Notes under the pieces: model-generated
Told to the model about the DNA's origin: nothing
The model's database searches: none
What the model saw: the letters and a program-made list of their open reading frames with translations, nothing else
Made by a program: the position numbers and the translations under genes
Shown: piece after piece, positions 30,244 to 43,500 of the stretch
Position numbering within the stretch: position 1 is the stretch's first letter
How the letters are laid out: each line of letters begins with the position of its first letter
Source: Cycas panzhihuaensis
Lineage: Eukaryota > Plantae > Cycadophyta
Assembly: GCA_023213395.1 (NCBI GenBank)
Contig: CM041465.1
Span: 208,513,741-208,577,740, forward strand
Direction: 5' to 3'
DNA length: 64,000 nt

Positions 30244-32850
30244 TGATTCTAAATTGGATCTACTTTATAAAAACAAGAAATGAAGATCCTAAGAGTCAAA
30301 TGGTCAAGAGACCTTAAATGGCTTAACTCACAAAAGATGAGTTACAAATGAATGATAATTCTCTATTTATAGGTGTCAAAATTGATCACCTTTTAAAAAA
30401 CCCACTGCCTAATAATAATAAAACTAGCTTTTAATAATTATAATTGAGGCTGACTTCTATTAATCCATGATCTAGCCATAGTTATGGCCGACTTCCATTA
30501 GTGGTATAGGTCCACAATAATTTCCGCTCTTTCAAAACACGCTTTGCTCACAAAGCATCAATAATGGCACATGTTGCTCCCTTAAGGTAGGTCAGTGAAT
30601 TGGGCAATCATCCCTTGTTTTCCAGAATGTTCCTCCTTTGGCTCCTTGGTTTGGAAAAATAGCACGATGAAGAAACCAACCTAGTCTTAGTGAGTCATTC
30701 TTTATATTGCTTTCTACAAGTATGATCTTTGAGCTTGGGGTGCAGATCTTAACATGTTGATATTTTTGTCCAATGACTCAATCATTCCTCATGTTGCCTC
30801 CCATGGTTTCAAATTTTGGTGGTATGGTGTGACTTCTTATTAGTTGGTATTTCTGCCCATCAATTTTTAACTTGATGAAGACCTTGTTATGATTCAAGGC
30901 ATAAGTTCCAAGCACTTATAGCCATCTAACGCCTAAGATTACATCAAATCCTTTTGTAAGAGTGGGGTAGTAATGGGTTGAAAGCTCATAATTGCCAATA
31001 TGAAATCATTGGTTCTCAATTCTACCTAAGCTCTGTTCTCCTTGGCATGAGATATAGGGCTTCTCTCTCTTCATATTCAATCATATTCTTGGCTATCTGA
31101 GTGTCAATCAAGTTATGGGCACTGTCTGGATTGATGAGAATCATAGCCTTTTCCTTACTAAGGTAACCAAAGAGCTTGATGGTGTTGGGATGTGGCACTC
31201 TAACATGGTTGGTGAGAGAAATTTAGGTTGGTTGTCCTTTACTTCTACTTCTGCAATATGGGTTGATTCTATGGCAGGAGATTGCCACCCCTCTAAGTCT
31301 TCTTTGCATTATTTTCCTTCATCAACTTTGATATCGATCTCTTCATTGGTATTTGTATACTTGTTCCTTTTGCCCCATTGGTTTTTGAATGTGTGGTAAA
31401 TGTCAAGTGCCTTTTCCCTAGCCTTTTTTCCTTGTTGCTCCCTTTGTGTGATGCTTGGGCCTTTAACTATATTAGAACTATCATCTTGATAGCTCAAGGT
31501 TCCTTGCTTGCTAGGTTTGACTTTCTTGGATCTCGAGCTTGGAATTTTGGGCGGTGTCATGACATTGAATCCTCTTTGAGTGATTTGATATTTAGCCTTC
31601 TTTTGCTGCATCATGCTACTCACTTCATTTGATGTATTTGTTCTAGAGTAAAAGACCTGTGTTTGCATCACGGGTTGTGGATTACTAATATATGGTGGAG
31701 ATGCTTAGTTAAAGAAGTGCTAGCCTTCATAGGGAGCTTCTTGAGTTCTTTTGTTTGTTCTTTAAAGGCTTCCACAAAATGTTTGAAATTGTGAGTTTTA
31801 CCTCCCCTTTTCTATAATGTAACCCATGTGTATATAAACCTTATAAGGTAGTCTATAGTAAAGTTGATTTGATCCTTGACATCATTACTATGAAGTGAGT
31901 TGATGGAATTTTCCATTTTTGCTAGCCATTTGTCTGTTTCAATTTCACCACCCTCTGAAAATAGTGGTGTTTTAAAATTGTGATGGAATATTAGTGGATG
32001 GACATCATTGTGTCTTTTATATTCTCTTTGATCTTTACTGTATCCTTTATATTCTTTTCTATTCTCTTTCTTATCAAGATTGATTCCCTTCTTAAGAGAT
32101 GAGTCTTCTAATATTTGTTTTGTTACGTTTATGTTGATTATCAAATCATTGAGTCTTGTATTAGTACTAGCCCATTCTTGTTGAGCCTTGGCAAGATCTG
32201 CTCTAAGTGTTGAAGTTCATCGAAACTTCTATCCATTTTCCTTTTTCCTCGTGAGGACTCAACTATTTCAAACTTTAGAAAACCTGAGCAAAGCTCTAGT
32301 TTAACAACTTCCCATTGATCTCTTTAATCTACATCAATTTAGCCCCAAAATGTTCCAAATTATAACTCAAAATGATGGCCTCTAAATCAAAATTCCAACA
32401 CTTTAGACGGAATCAAATTCTGATACTTGTAGCAGAAGTTATGACCCTTTTAAGGTGGGTCACAATTAGTATTTTTTAGGGAACTACAACAATTCCTCTT
32501 ACTAAAATGTTGATAACCTTTTATGTTGATATCCAATGGATTTAAAACTACTTCGAATGGAAAGTAGATGCCAAGACACACAAATTCAAAAAAAAATTGT
32601 GGTCAATTGGACACTTTTAGCTAAAGTTATGGACATTTGAAGTTTCAGTAGCAAATTTTGGATGTTGAAGATAGTGACAAATAGTAGGCCAAATTCAAAT
32701 TCCCTGTAATTTTCACAATTTCGCTCCAAAAACTATGGTATAACCACTCAAAATTTGTAGAATGCGCTTGGTCGACTCAAATTTGTGATTCTTTTTTCTG
32801 AAATTCTTTTATTTATTCTTCTAAAAATGCATTTCCTTGATAGGCCAATA
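30244..32850 (-). mobile_element. Decayed Ty3/gypsy gag-protease remnant with probable 3' LTR; 5' LTR missing
   Basis: Gag-like ORF 31812-32144 (FKTPLFSEGG..DKWLAKMEN); protease remnants (ILINPDSAHNLID, FDVILGVRWL) at about 30920-31150; terminal SKACFER-type motif and purine tract at about 30520-30550, followed by an LTR-like AT-rich block. Confidence 0.65.
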
Positions 32851-33135
32851 ACGATGTTTTGGTGTGATGGTTCATCACAAGTGGTATTAAAGCCAAGACC
32901 TGAGTTCAAATCCCTTTAGGGGCAATGCTGTTTATGAGGGTGAGGGAGTGACGTGCATGAACACTATCGATGCCAATGAATGTTGCTTTAGTCAAGGTCC
33001 TTGAGGCGCTAGAATGTTTGTGAAAGTAGGGCTAGATGGGGCTGGCCTATTCAATTTGTGGGGGAGGTCATGGTCTACTTGGTGGGGAATCCTCCCCACT
33101 AACAACTCAAGGTTTCAGTGTGATAGTTCATCACA
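32850..33135 (+). mobile_element. TRIM with truncated 5' LTR
   Basis: LTR end GTGTGAT(G/A)GTTCATCACA occurs at 32879 and 33135; PBS TGGTATTAAAGCC 32882-32894; internal region about 70 bp; PPT GAGGGTGAGGGAG ending 32948; 3' LTR 32949-33135. Confidence 0.78.
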
Positions 33136-34721
33136 AAGGGTCTCACTTGTCCTCCCTCTTAACCTCACCCTCTCTGCCAAGTTTTATTAGGATGAGGATT
33201 ATAATAGCAATCTTGTGTGTTATGTGTTGTAGCTTCACATATGGCACACCACTTCTGAGTCTCTTCTTTCTGCTCTTTACGTGTTTCATTACTATGGCTA
33301 CTTTGTGGTTTGTGTTCTTCCTTTCGCTCCATTGGCTTCTCTTGTGCTTTGGCCAAATCAATCTTTAATTTGGTGATTTTGGAGTGTAATGTTGCTAGTT
33401 ATGTATTTCCCTCTGTCATTGCAAGACCATTGCACAACTTTCTTGCTTGAAACTCTTGAATTTCCTTTTTGATTGACTAAAACATGTTATGTTGGTGTGA
33501 AGTACCTTCTTTAGTATTTATTTGGGCCTCAAATTTCAATGTTGGGTGTCTAGCTTGGGCATAGTTGTTAGCCAAATGTCTTAGTTGATCTCGTAGTTTT
33601 GCAGACATCCAACCCACAAAGAAACTCCACACCATATAATCTAGCATATGACCACATTGCTTGTCATGTTGGCAGTGATGATATGTCATGAAACCCTCCC
33701 CAACTAGTTTGTCGCCACATATAATAATAGGTCTAGTTAGCGGTTGGTTTTATTTTTGAGCCTTAGTAGAAATAAGTTACCTCAATCAATATCACATAGA
33801 CAAGCAACAATTATTGAGGGAGTGTTTCATTAGTGGGAGTTAGAGGTAAGAATCTTACAGCCATAATCTCGTGAACCCACCATAGGCATCTTAATGCACA
33901 TTGCCCCCATCTCCCATTCGGAATCTAGTTGCCACTCATAAAAGTGAATTTCGCCTAATCACTTCTTGCAATGCTTTGATTCATCGGGTGGCACAACCTA
34001 CTCTACCAATAAGAAAATGGCGTTCAGGCCTCATTTTTGGCAATGGGATGACCATACATGGTAGTCCATCCTCCTCCAAATTGATCATCCAATTAGGGAG
34101 CCATCCATGAGCTCGTAGGCTCATCTTAGAAGCATTGGTCATGTGCCTATCCAAATGGTGGCAATGTTGGAGGAGGTCACAACTCATTCATCTTCAATGG
34201 GCAATTGATTACCACTTCTTTGAGCTTGGCCTCATACCAACCCAAGACTGCCAACGAAACTTTCATCCCATACAAGATATGTCTTTGTAGGACTTCTAGT
34301 CACACAAACATGCTTCAGGCCACTATCCAAGGGACTTATGACCCACATTGTGTATGCCTAGGCCATCATTAGGTCTTACAGTCCAATTAGGACATGCCTA
34401 GTCTCTCATGAGCCCGCTAATCACCAACGTAAGAGACATGGATGTTAAATAAGCATCTGGCACTCCTTATATATTGTTCACCATGCTGTAGTTATCTCAT
34501 ACTTGGGGTCTCTCTACATAAGACCGTAGGTTCATATATCATTGTTCATTCATTTAGCACATAAACAAAGTATGTATAGCATAGAAGTTACTGTGATCAC
34601 ATGTACATACCCTCTAATGTTCAATCATGCATGTCCATATTTATCAAGAGTAGAAATAGCCATAGAAACATAAAACTTACTAAACTAGGGTTTCATTACT
34701 CATGCATGCACATACCCTAAG

Positions 34722-37700
34722 TGACGTGTAAACGAAGGTGATTGTAGACTCAGAGAATGCTACCCAACTAATAAGGATTATGAAAGAGGTGATAAATAAT
34801 GAATTCTCTTCTATAATCTCCAAGTAATGCCTTTCAATCACATTACACACTTAAAATGATTGTACAATGATGTGCCTCTCATTTATATTGAGGGCTTTGT
34901 AACTACTTGAAACCTACCTAACTAATTGTCCAACTAACTGGCTTAGTTAGTTTTACAAATCACTAACTGATCTCTAACTATTTAACTAATTGACAGATTA
35001 ATTAATTGACCAACATACTAACTTAAGTGTACTTTACATATAAGTACAACATTTTGTGCATTAAATTACATAATGTCATAATATATGGATGAGTAATATT
35101 CATCATTCCTCCCTATTGTAAAGGAAATTGTCTCCAATTTCTTGGTCCTCAATGAATAGGCAAAAGGTAATTTGCAATGGCTAGGGAAAACCCTGTTTTC
35201 TCCTTATTTACCAGGAAGAGAGATGATGTCGTATGAGGTTGCTTGGTACCAAGAAGTGATGTTGATAAGTATGGGGACAAGGAATCCCACATGACAATCT
35301 TCAATTGCACTTTGGGTATCTCGTTGATAGTTGTCAATTGGAATGCCTCGAAAGGTGTGTGTCCAATGGACATTGAAGGATCATCACATGGAGTAGGGTC
35401 TATGTGATTGTCCCTTCCTCAGTGTGGCATATGCTCAGCATAATGCTATGCTATGTTGCATGTGTTGGGTGCAAACCTATTGGGATGTCTAGGATACATG
35501 TACAGTCATTCAAAACCATGGTTGTATGTGCATCCATTAGTAAGGTGTGAGAATGATCTAACTATTTCCAAATAGGCCTCTCTAATGGTGTTGCAATCTT
35601 GGAATCTCTTAGCTTTGGTGACAAAGCTGACTGAAGAAGCATTTGTATCTGTGGAGTGCTTGATTTGGGCTCCTGTCTCACAAATAGGTTGGTGCCTTCT
35701 CGAACAAGGCTGGTGAGTCTGGTTGCTTATGTACCCATTCTCAAAGTGATTAGGGATGACGAAGAGTCAATCACATAATATGTGTTGTCTTTCTACAGGT
35801 GGTAAATGTTTGTGAGCCCATGATATACTGTCTCTCTATCATATTGATAGGGTCTCCTTAAAAGTAACTCACAACAATCCATGGGAATTGCATCACAAAT
35901 AACTGTGTCTATATAGGGATTCATTGCAAAAGTTACATGATAGATTCTATCAATCTTTGTTTGTGACAGTCTTTCTTTTTTTAACCCATCTAAGTGTATA
36001 AGGATTAGGATGAGGCTCTATAGGGAGATTAAGATCCTTAACAAGTTTATCCTATACCAAAATTTTCATACTGCCATTATCAATGATGCACAGTATCGTG
36101 TGGTCTTTAATCTAGCAATTTTGAATAAAGAGAGATTCTCTAGTCGAAGCATTGTAGTCCTTTGTCATCAAGACCAAATTGGGATCTACTACCATTTGAT
36201 TAGTGACAAGTATTATTAGTGTCTCTATTGAATTGCTTTACGTGCTAGCCTCTTCATTTGGTGTGTTGATTTCTTCTTTAGCTACTAGGATCTTCCCCTT
36301 GGCTTTGTACTACTCCTTTTGCTTCTAACATTCCTAGTTGGTGTGACTTCTAGTCTTGTGCAACGTGCAGTACTTGGCTTTTTCCTTCTTTGCTACTAAA
36401 GGATCTATTGCATCGATTTCCTTTCCCTAATTGAAAGGCTACTTTGATGGTTGTTACAATTGTTGTTATTGTTGAGGTCTGGTAGGAGGTTTTCTATGGA
36501 GCTTGCTTTCCACTTTCAGTGCGAACTAAAAAACCTCTTCTAGGGAGGAGACTTTTATTAGGTCCAACTCTTGTTGTGAGGATGGGAATAATCCACTCAA
36601 TAATTTGAGCATGAGGGTGTGCTCAGAATCCTTGGACTCTACCATTATGACCATTTTATTGAAAATGTCAATATATTGTTAGACAAATTGTTCAGTTTGT
36701 TGTCACAACTATAACTGCTTCTTTTCCCTTTCATATTTGTATCCAATGGGATAAAATTGCTTTTGAAAAATGGTTTTAAAATTGTCCCATGTTGTTACTT
36801 TGACATGGGTGTTTACATACGTTTGCTACCATACTAAGACTTGTTCTTCCATTTGTATTTTTGCCACCGATTTTCTCTTCATCAATCAAGCTCTAACACT
36901 TGAAATAAGACACTAAGCTTCAGATTCGATTGTCCAAGGCTTCGGCATTTACAATGTTATAAAATTTTGGTATAATGATTTGAGTATCCAATTTAAACTG
37001 TGACTACTAGATGGGAACTGCTATGTGAACCTAGGCCTATTGAGCCTATAAAAGCAGTTGAGTCTATTGGGTCTAGTGCACCATCAATGGTTGAAACACG
37101 GTCATCATCTTCTACATCATATGCTCCATTACATGTGCAAAAGTAAGAGATGGATCTTCTAATCTTCGCTTAGTGTCTTCAACCATTTCTTCTTTTGAAG
37201 ATTCTTGTTTTCTATTGCGATGCATGTTGTGCTCAAGAAAAATCATTGACACTAAAAATTATTTTCTCTTGTGAAAGTCAATAATTTTTTGTAGATTTTA
37301 AAAGTTCTGTCATCGGTTCCAATTTTGGCGAACTTGATTACAATTAGTTGAAAATGTGAATTTTCACACTTTACAAATGACTTTTTAGTCACTATGTTAT
37401 TAACCACCTTTAGCAATTTTATGGAAAATAATAGTTTTTCTTACCATCACACCCATAAATAAGAAAAATGACTATGTTCGGAATTTCTTCCAAGTAATTT
37501 ATAAAAATGGGGGTCTTTCTCCTATTTTTAGCCCTTGTAAATGATGAAATGCAATGTATTTTGTGTATCTTAAGAAAAGAAGAAATATGCTTCTTTTAAA
37601 TTAGAATCTACTAAAGTAAATTATTTTTGACTTCAACCTTATAAAATTAAAAAATTTTTGTCCCACCTTTATGTGTTTGTGTTTTTCTTCACACAAGTGT

Positions 37701-38790
37701 TGATTTTTAGTGTCAATTCTCTATCTTTTGAGGTGTCTTCGTGGACATTTGTTGATCTTTGTGATGCGAGCATCTCAACATTGGCAATTTTTGTAGTCTC
37801 AATGTGCTTCATGTTGATTAATCTTGTCTTTGCATGGTCTTTGGTGTGACATCGTCTATCCTTCTCTGGTGTCTTCGTGAGCAAATGCATGGACATTTCT
37901 TTAATTGAGTGCCCTCTCAACATCTCTTCGTGGTGTGACTAATCTTGACATTGCATGTTTTTCTTTCCATAATTGACCTCCTCCTCTTGTATTATGTTCT
38001 CTATAATAGTTTTTCGTTTGTACTACTCTCACTTCTAGCAGATTTAAACAAGAGGTTAGGTCAAAACTCAGAATATTCACATCTTCAGCATTTGGAAGCT
38101 CTAATACTCTAATCAATTGGGAGAATTTTGTTCCTAAAATGGCTTAGAGGATCTTTCAATGCTTAACTTGCCTATCAAAATTACTAGCAAGTAACTAACA
38201 AGACATACATAGGAATACGAAGGTGGTGGTCCTCATGTGGCTAAGCATCATTCGATTTTTTTGTTTTTTTTGAGTGCTAGATTTGTAATTGTCTGAGTTT
38301 CTTAGTCTTCATAGATGCTAGGGCATCAAACTCTAGATATCTACTTTGAAGTCTCTTGTTTGCATATGGCAGTCTTGCAATTAGTTGGTCTGATTGTAGG
38401 CTATGATACCATTTGATGTGTAAATGAAGGTGATTGCAAACTCAGACAATGTTATCCAACTAGTAGGGATTGTTAAAGAAGTGATGAATAATGAATTCTC
38501 TTCTGTTATCTCCAAGTAATGACTTTCAATCACATTACATACACTCAGATGATTGTACAATGATGTGCCTCTCATTTATATTGAGGGCTTTGTAACTACT
38601 TGAAACCTACCTAACTAATTGTCCAACTAACTGACTTAGTTTTACAAATCACTAATTGATCCCTAACTATCTAACTAACTACTTAATTTATTGATTAACA
38701 TATTAACCTAAATGTACTTTATGTATAAGTACAATGATTTACACATTACATTACATAATGTCATAATATATGGATGAGTAATACTCATCT
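34722..38790 (-). mobile_element. CRM-like deletion derivative: gag-PR plus integrase tail, RT/RNase H/most integrase missing
   Basis: LTRs 34722-35105 and 38414-38790; PBS TGGTATCATAGC 38400-38411; PPT next to 35106; near-TSD CTAAG/CCAAG. Decayed FKLDTQIIIP (Gag) and RESLFIQNC..IIDNGSM (PR) are homologous to the 23400 element; SIGHTPFEA integrase tail in ORF 35149-35373. Confidence 0.85.
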
Positions 38791-40599
38791 CCAAGAGAAT
38801 AATAAATGGTAAAAAATCATTTCATTCATCAAAACACCCTGTTAACACACAAGTTGGGTCTACTTCTATCCACGATAGTTGGCCAAACATGCCAAAATTG
38901 CCCAACTAGGTTTTGGAGATCACTTGTGGAGTTTTAATCATGGAGATATAGTTTTAACCATTAAAATTAATGGTTTTCATATTTCAGTTCACCTAAATTA
39001 TTAAAATCTAAAATTTAGCCATAGCCATAAAGTTTTAGAAAATTTCATTTGAAAACTCTAAGTTTCTCTCATGTTTTTCCCCTTAGTTTGCTCTAATTTT
39101 CCATTGCAAGCTACGGCTAAATTCATAAGCATTTATTTTCCATACTTCTAGGATTGTTTTACCTCAAAAAACCTATCATTTTTATTACAATTCAAACTCT
39201 AAAAATTAGGCCGAGTTGGACTCATGTGGGCCCCATAGATCATATGGTTTGTATACACAATCATACAATTTAGGGACGATTGTGTACATGCTATGGCAAG
39301 TCTATATGGCCTATAAAGGGTCATATGGTTTGCAAATAATCTATGCTTACTCAATTTGGGGTTTATTTATATCTATGGGACCCATTTGGCTGCATATATA
39401 GTGAGCAACCACCTTAGGATAGGTTGCAAAAATATTTAGAATTAAAATTTTGAATTATCTAACCATAGAAGTATGATTTCTAGAGTTGCAATGATATATT
39501 TCAAGAATTTGAAGGAAAATTATCCACAGAAAATTACATGAAACTTCAAACCCTAGTGGGATTAGGCCACTTACTTACCTTCCTCTTTTTGGTATACCCG
39601 TGGATTCATGTTAGTGTGGATGGGTGGTTGAAATGTAGCTCTCCTACCTCTTCAAGCACTTTTCTAAAGCTCTAATGGCTCCTTGATGGCTTGAGATTTG
39701 TTCTACACTCTCTCCTCTTGGCTTTTATTGTCTTCACCTATGACATGAGATAATAATCTAACTTATGCTCCCTTGACTTTTATTTATGTAGAAGATAATT
39801 GTTCAAAAGCCTTCTTTGTGCACTCTTATAGAGTTAGTGCGGTGAGGGTCTACTATTAACAGTTGTGCACCACCTTGTGCACTAGGCCAATGATGTTTCA
39901 TACCTTTTTGACCCTCTTTTGAGTAATATGAGAGGCTAAATTTTGTCTTGTGACATCTCCCCTACTCTAGGAGATCATTGTCCCCATTGAGCACTACTTC
40001 TATTGTAAAAGAGACCGATTCCCAAGTGCCCCCTTCAATGGGTTTGTTAGACCACTCAACAAGATACTCATGGATTTCCCTTTTCTTTAGCTTCCTTGTT
40101 CTTTCATCCCATACCCTTACCGGGTTATTAATATCTCGCTCCAATTGTTGGACATCTACACACATTGCTATTTTGTTGCCAAACCTTGATAATGCCTTTT
40201 TAAGGAACCTTAACATAGAGTACATGATGCATTTTAATTTGTGAGGGAATCTCTATTTTGTATGTAGCATCATTCACCTTCTCTACTATTTGAAAATGTC
40301 CATGATATATTGGGAACAACCTAGCACACTTGCCTATGGAAAGGGATGAATTGGGTTTAGCCCTCAATTAAACATTTTCCCCAACCTCAAAGGTTTTTAA
40401 GGATCTTTCTTGATGAGCATGTAGCTCATGTCTAGATTGCGCCCTTTCCATGTTTTTTGGCATTGTTCTAACTTTTCTTTCATATTTTGTAATATTTTCA
40501 ACGATATTTGAGCTTTGTTGAAATAGGTATTCAGATCTATTTCTAATGGAATTACTGAATCATAGCCATGCATGGCTTTAAATGGTGTCATACCAATTG

Positions 40600-43500
40600 T
40601 GGGACGTTTCTTCTTGCCAATACTCTTGAGATAGCAGAGAATTTGACAATCGCAACAACGTCTTCTTATCCAACAGAGCAAACAAGCTAACCAAGAGTTT
40701 CACAGGAACACCAGAGCGCTAAATGATCACCAAAAGATAGAAAGTACCGTAGCACAATTTTTATAAAAATGTTCTATCAAGATAACCATCATTTATAATT
40801 TATGACCCTTATATAGATAAAATAGGGTCTTATACATGTAATCCTATTGGTGGCCTAAGCGGCCTTACATTCTATTGGACGGCAACGCCCATGCATACTA
40901 TTGGCCCGCTAGACGGCACATGCACAAAGTTCCATAGTGGTTTACATAACTTAGCCGGATAAGTTATGTAACAAGTCCCCTCCCCTAAGATGCCGAGTTC
41001 TCGAGGTAGGTGAGATGCGGGTGCTTTTTGACAAACTCATCAGACTCCCAAGTTGCTTCGCCGGAGGTGCAGCCTGTCCACTGTATCAAATATTTTGAAA
41101 TGGACCGATTCTGGAGACGCCATTGTCTGGTAGCCAGGATACGTTCTGGAGGTACGGACAAGGTTTGCTCTTCATCCAAAATTGGAAGGGTTGTCTGGGG
41201 AGTATGGGTTTTGCTTAGACACTTCCGAAGACAGGAGACATGAAAAACATTATGGATGTTTGTGGTGGGGGCAAGGTCGAGAGCATATGCAACTTCACCA
41301 ATACATTTAAGGACTTTATAGGGGCCATAATATCGAGGGCTAAGTTTGTGGTTGTTATGATGGCGAAGGGATTGTTACTTATAAGGTTGAAGATGAAGAA
41401 ATACCATATCCCCAATATTGAAGCAGCGATCAGAGCGGTGGCGGTCAGCTAATTGTTTCATTCAATTTTGGGCCATGGATAGGTTTTGTTTAAGGGTGTG
41501 GAGAATTTGGTCCATATGCTGTAATTTTTGTTGCACCGCCACTGCATTTGAGGTTGGCAGCTAAGGTGTGGTGGGACGAAGGGGGATACCCATAGAGAGC
41601 CAAAATGGGGACATTCCAATGGCTGAATGGTGTGAGGAGTTGTACCAATACCCAGCTAGAGCTAGCCATGATGTCTATTTAGACTGGTGGTCAGATGCAA
41701 AGCAATGTAAGTAGGTCTCCAGGGTTTTGTTAAGGACCTCAGATTGGCCATCGGTCTGTGGATGGTATGTAGAACTCATGTTGAATGATGTACCTGATGC
41801 GCGGAATAGATCTTGCCAAAAGGAGCTAGTGAATTTAGGATCGCGATCGCATACAATGGTGGATGGAAAACCGTGCAAACGAAATATTGTTTGGATGTAG
41901 ATGTCAGCGATGCGTGGGGCTTTATAGGTTGTGTGGATGGGTAAGAAGTGGGCATATTTTGTCAACCGATCTATGACTACTAAAATGGAGTTAGATCTAG
42001 TAGATGGTGGTAGGCCCATTATAAAGTCCCTGGCAATATCTTGCCATTTACCTTGTGGGATATGCAATGGTTGAAGGAGGCCCGGTTGGGGTTTTGTATC
42101 AACTTTGTTACGTTGGCATGTATCACATTTTGAGACAAAGGTAAGGATGGTGGATTTCATTTCTGGCCAAAAGAAGTCAGAACGAATCCTACGATAAGTT
42201 TTATCAAAACCAGAGTGGCCGCCAAGAGGGAAGAATGATATTCTGATAAAATCATGGATAAAAGTCGAGAGGGATGTACGAATATGCGATTTTGGTATAA
42301 GAGAAGATTATTATGGATGGACCAATCCTTATGAGTGTGGACCTTATTGGCCCAGTGCGCAAAATCATGTTGGTTTTGGTTAGCCATGGCTAAATCCTGT
42401 AGCCATGTCGGTTGTGGGGAGGAAATGGCATAAATGGTGGGGTCCTCAGTATGACCGATGTTATCGCCAAGTGTAGGTGAAGGCAACCTCGAGAGAGCAT
42501 CTGCCACAATGTTATCTTTCCCCTTTTTATATGTGATTGTAAAATCAAAAACTTGGAGGCGGTCGACCCATTTCGCCTACTCTTCCGAGAGGACTGGTTG
42601 ATGTAGTAAACGACGAAGGCTATGATGATCAGTGAGGATAGTGAATTTAGACCCAAGTAGAATCACGCCACTTGTCAACAGCATGGAGGATGGCCTGCAT
42701 TTCCTTTTGATAGGTAGAAAGTCTACACTCATGATCTTTGAGTTTTCAACTTTTGAAGGCAATGGGGTGGAAGTCTTGCATTAAGACTGCACCTAATCCA
42801 AACCCAGAGGCATCGCATTCTAATTGCAAAGGCTGAGAAAAGTCAGGGGAGGCTAAGACTGGGGTGGTTGTCATGACCTCCTTTAAATGGAGGAAGGCCT
42901 CATTAGCTGAGGGGGACCACTGGAAGGAATCCTTCCGAAATAAGTGGGTTAAGGGAGTGGAGAGTGGCATAATTTCGAACGAACCGTTGGTAGAATCCAG
43001 TAAGTCCTAGGAAAGCCCGCAATTGGGTCAGGGTTTTCGGGGTTGGCCAATTAGTGATGACAGAGATTTTATCGGGATCCACCCGAACCCCTGCAAAGGA
43101 TATAATATGCCCAAGGTATTGTAATTCAGATTTCCCAAATTCACATTTGGAGAGCTTAGCATACAATTTATTCTCAGCTAGGATTTGAAGGACTGTTTCT
43201 AGATGTGGGATGTGGGCCGGCATATTTGAGCTATAGATAAGAATATCATTGAAGAAGACGATGATAAATTTTCGTAAGTATGGGGAGAAGATCTTGTTCA
43301 TGAGAGCCTGAAAGGTGGCTGGAGCATTACATAGGCCAACAGGCATGACCTGGAACTCAAAGTGGCCATGGTGGGTTCAGAAAGCTGTTTTATGTTGATC
43401 CTCTGGCAAGATGGGGATTTGGTAGTATCCTGACTGTAAATCAAGCTTGGTGAGAATTGCAACGCCATGGATTTCATCTAACACGTCATCGATTCGTGGC

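Larger units (their letters stand above)
20460..33400 (-). mobile_element. Athila-like (non-chromovirus Ty3/gypsy) deletion derivative: gag-PR, integrase C-terminus, 3' extra ORF, probable 3' LTR; hosts two insertions
   Basis: Gag knuckles WCAICEATTHNTQDC (33165-33356) and CMFCLEFGH*RSKC (about 30140-30180); protease ..NLKANMASIV|VSLKLTII..IALLG*P, split by the 23400 insertion; LVSLYDSRL..HWKGPY at about 22440-22520; extra ORF 21177-21437; purine tract next to a probable LTR at about 20460-21008. No 5' LTR found. Confidence 0.72.

Noticed and set aside
32895-32925. tRNA or SINE suggested by B-box-like GAGTTCAAATCC
   Set aside because: No cloverleaf; it lies between the PBS and PPT of a TRIM.
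33420-34700. Possible homology to the LINE 3' extension at 9700-10500, or a host exon
   Set aside because: Similarity by eye is too weak and there is no splice or domain evidence; left unannotated.
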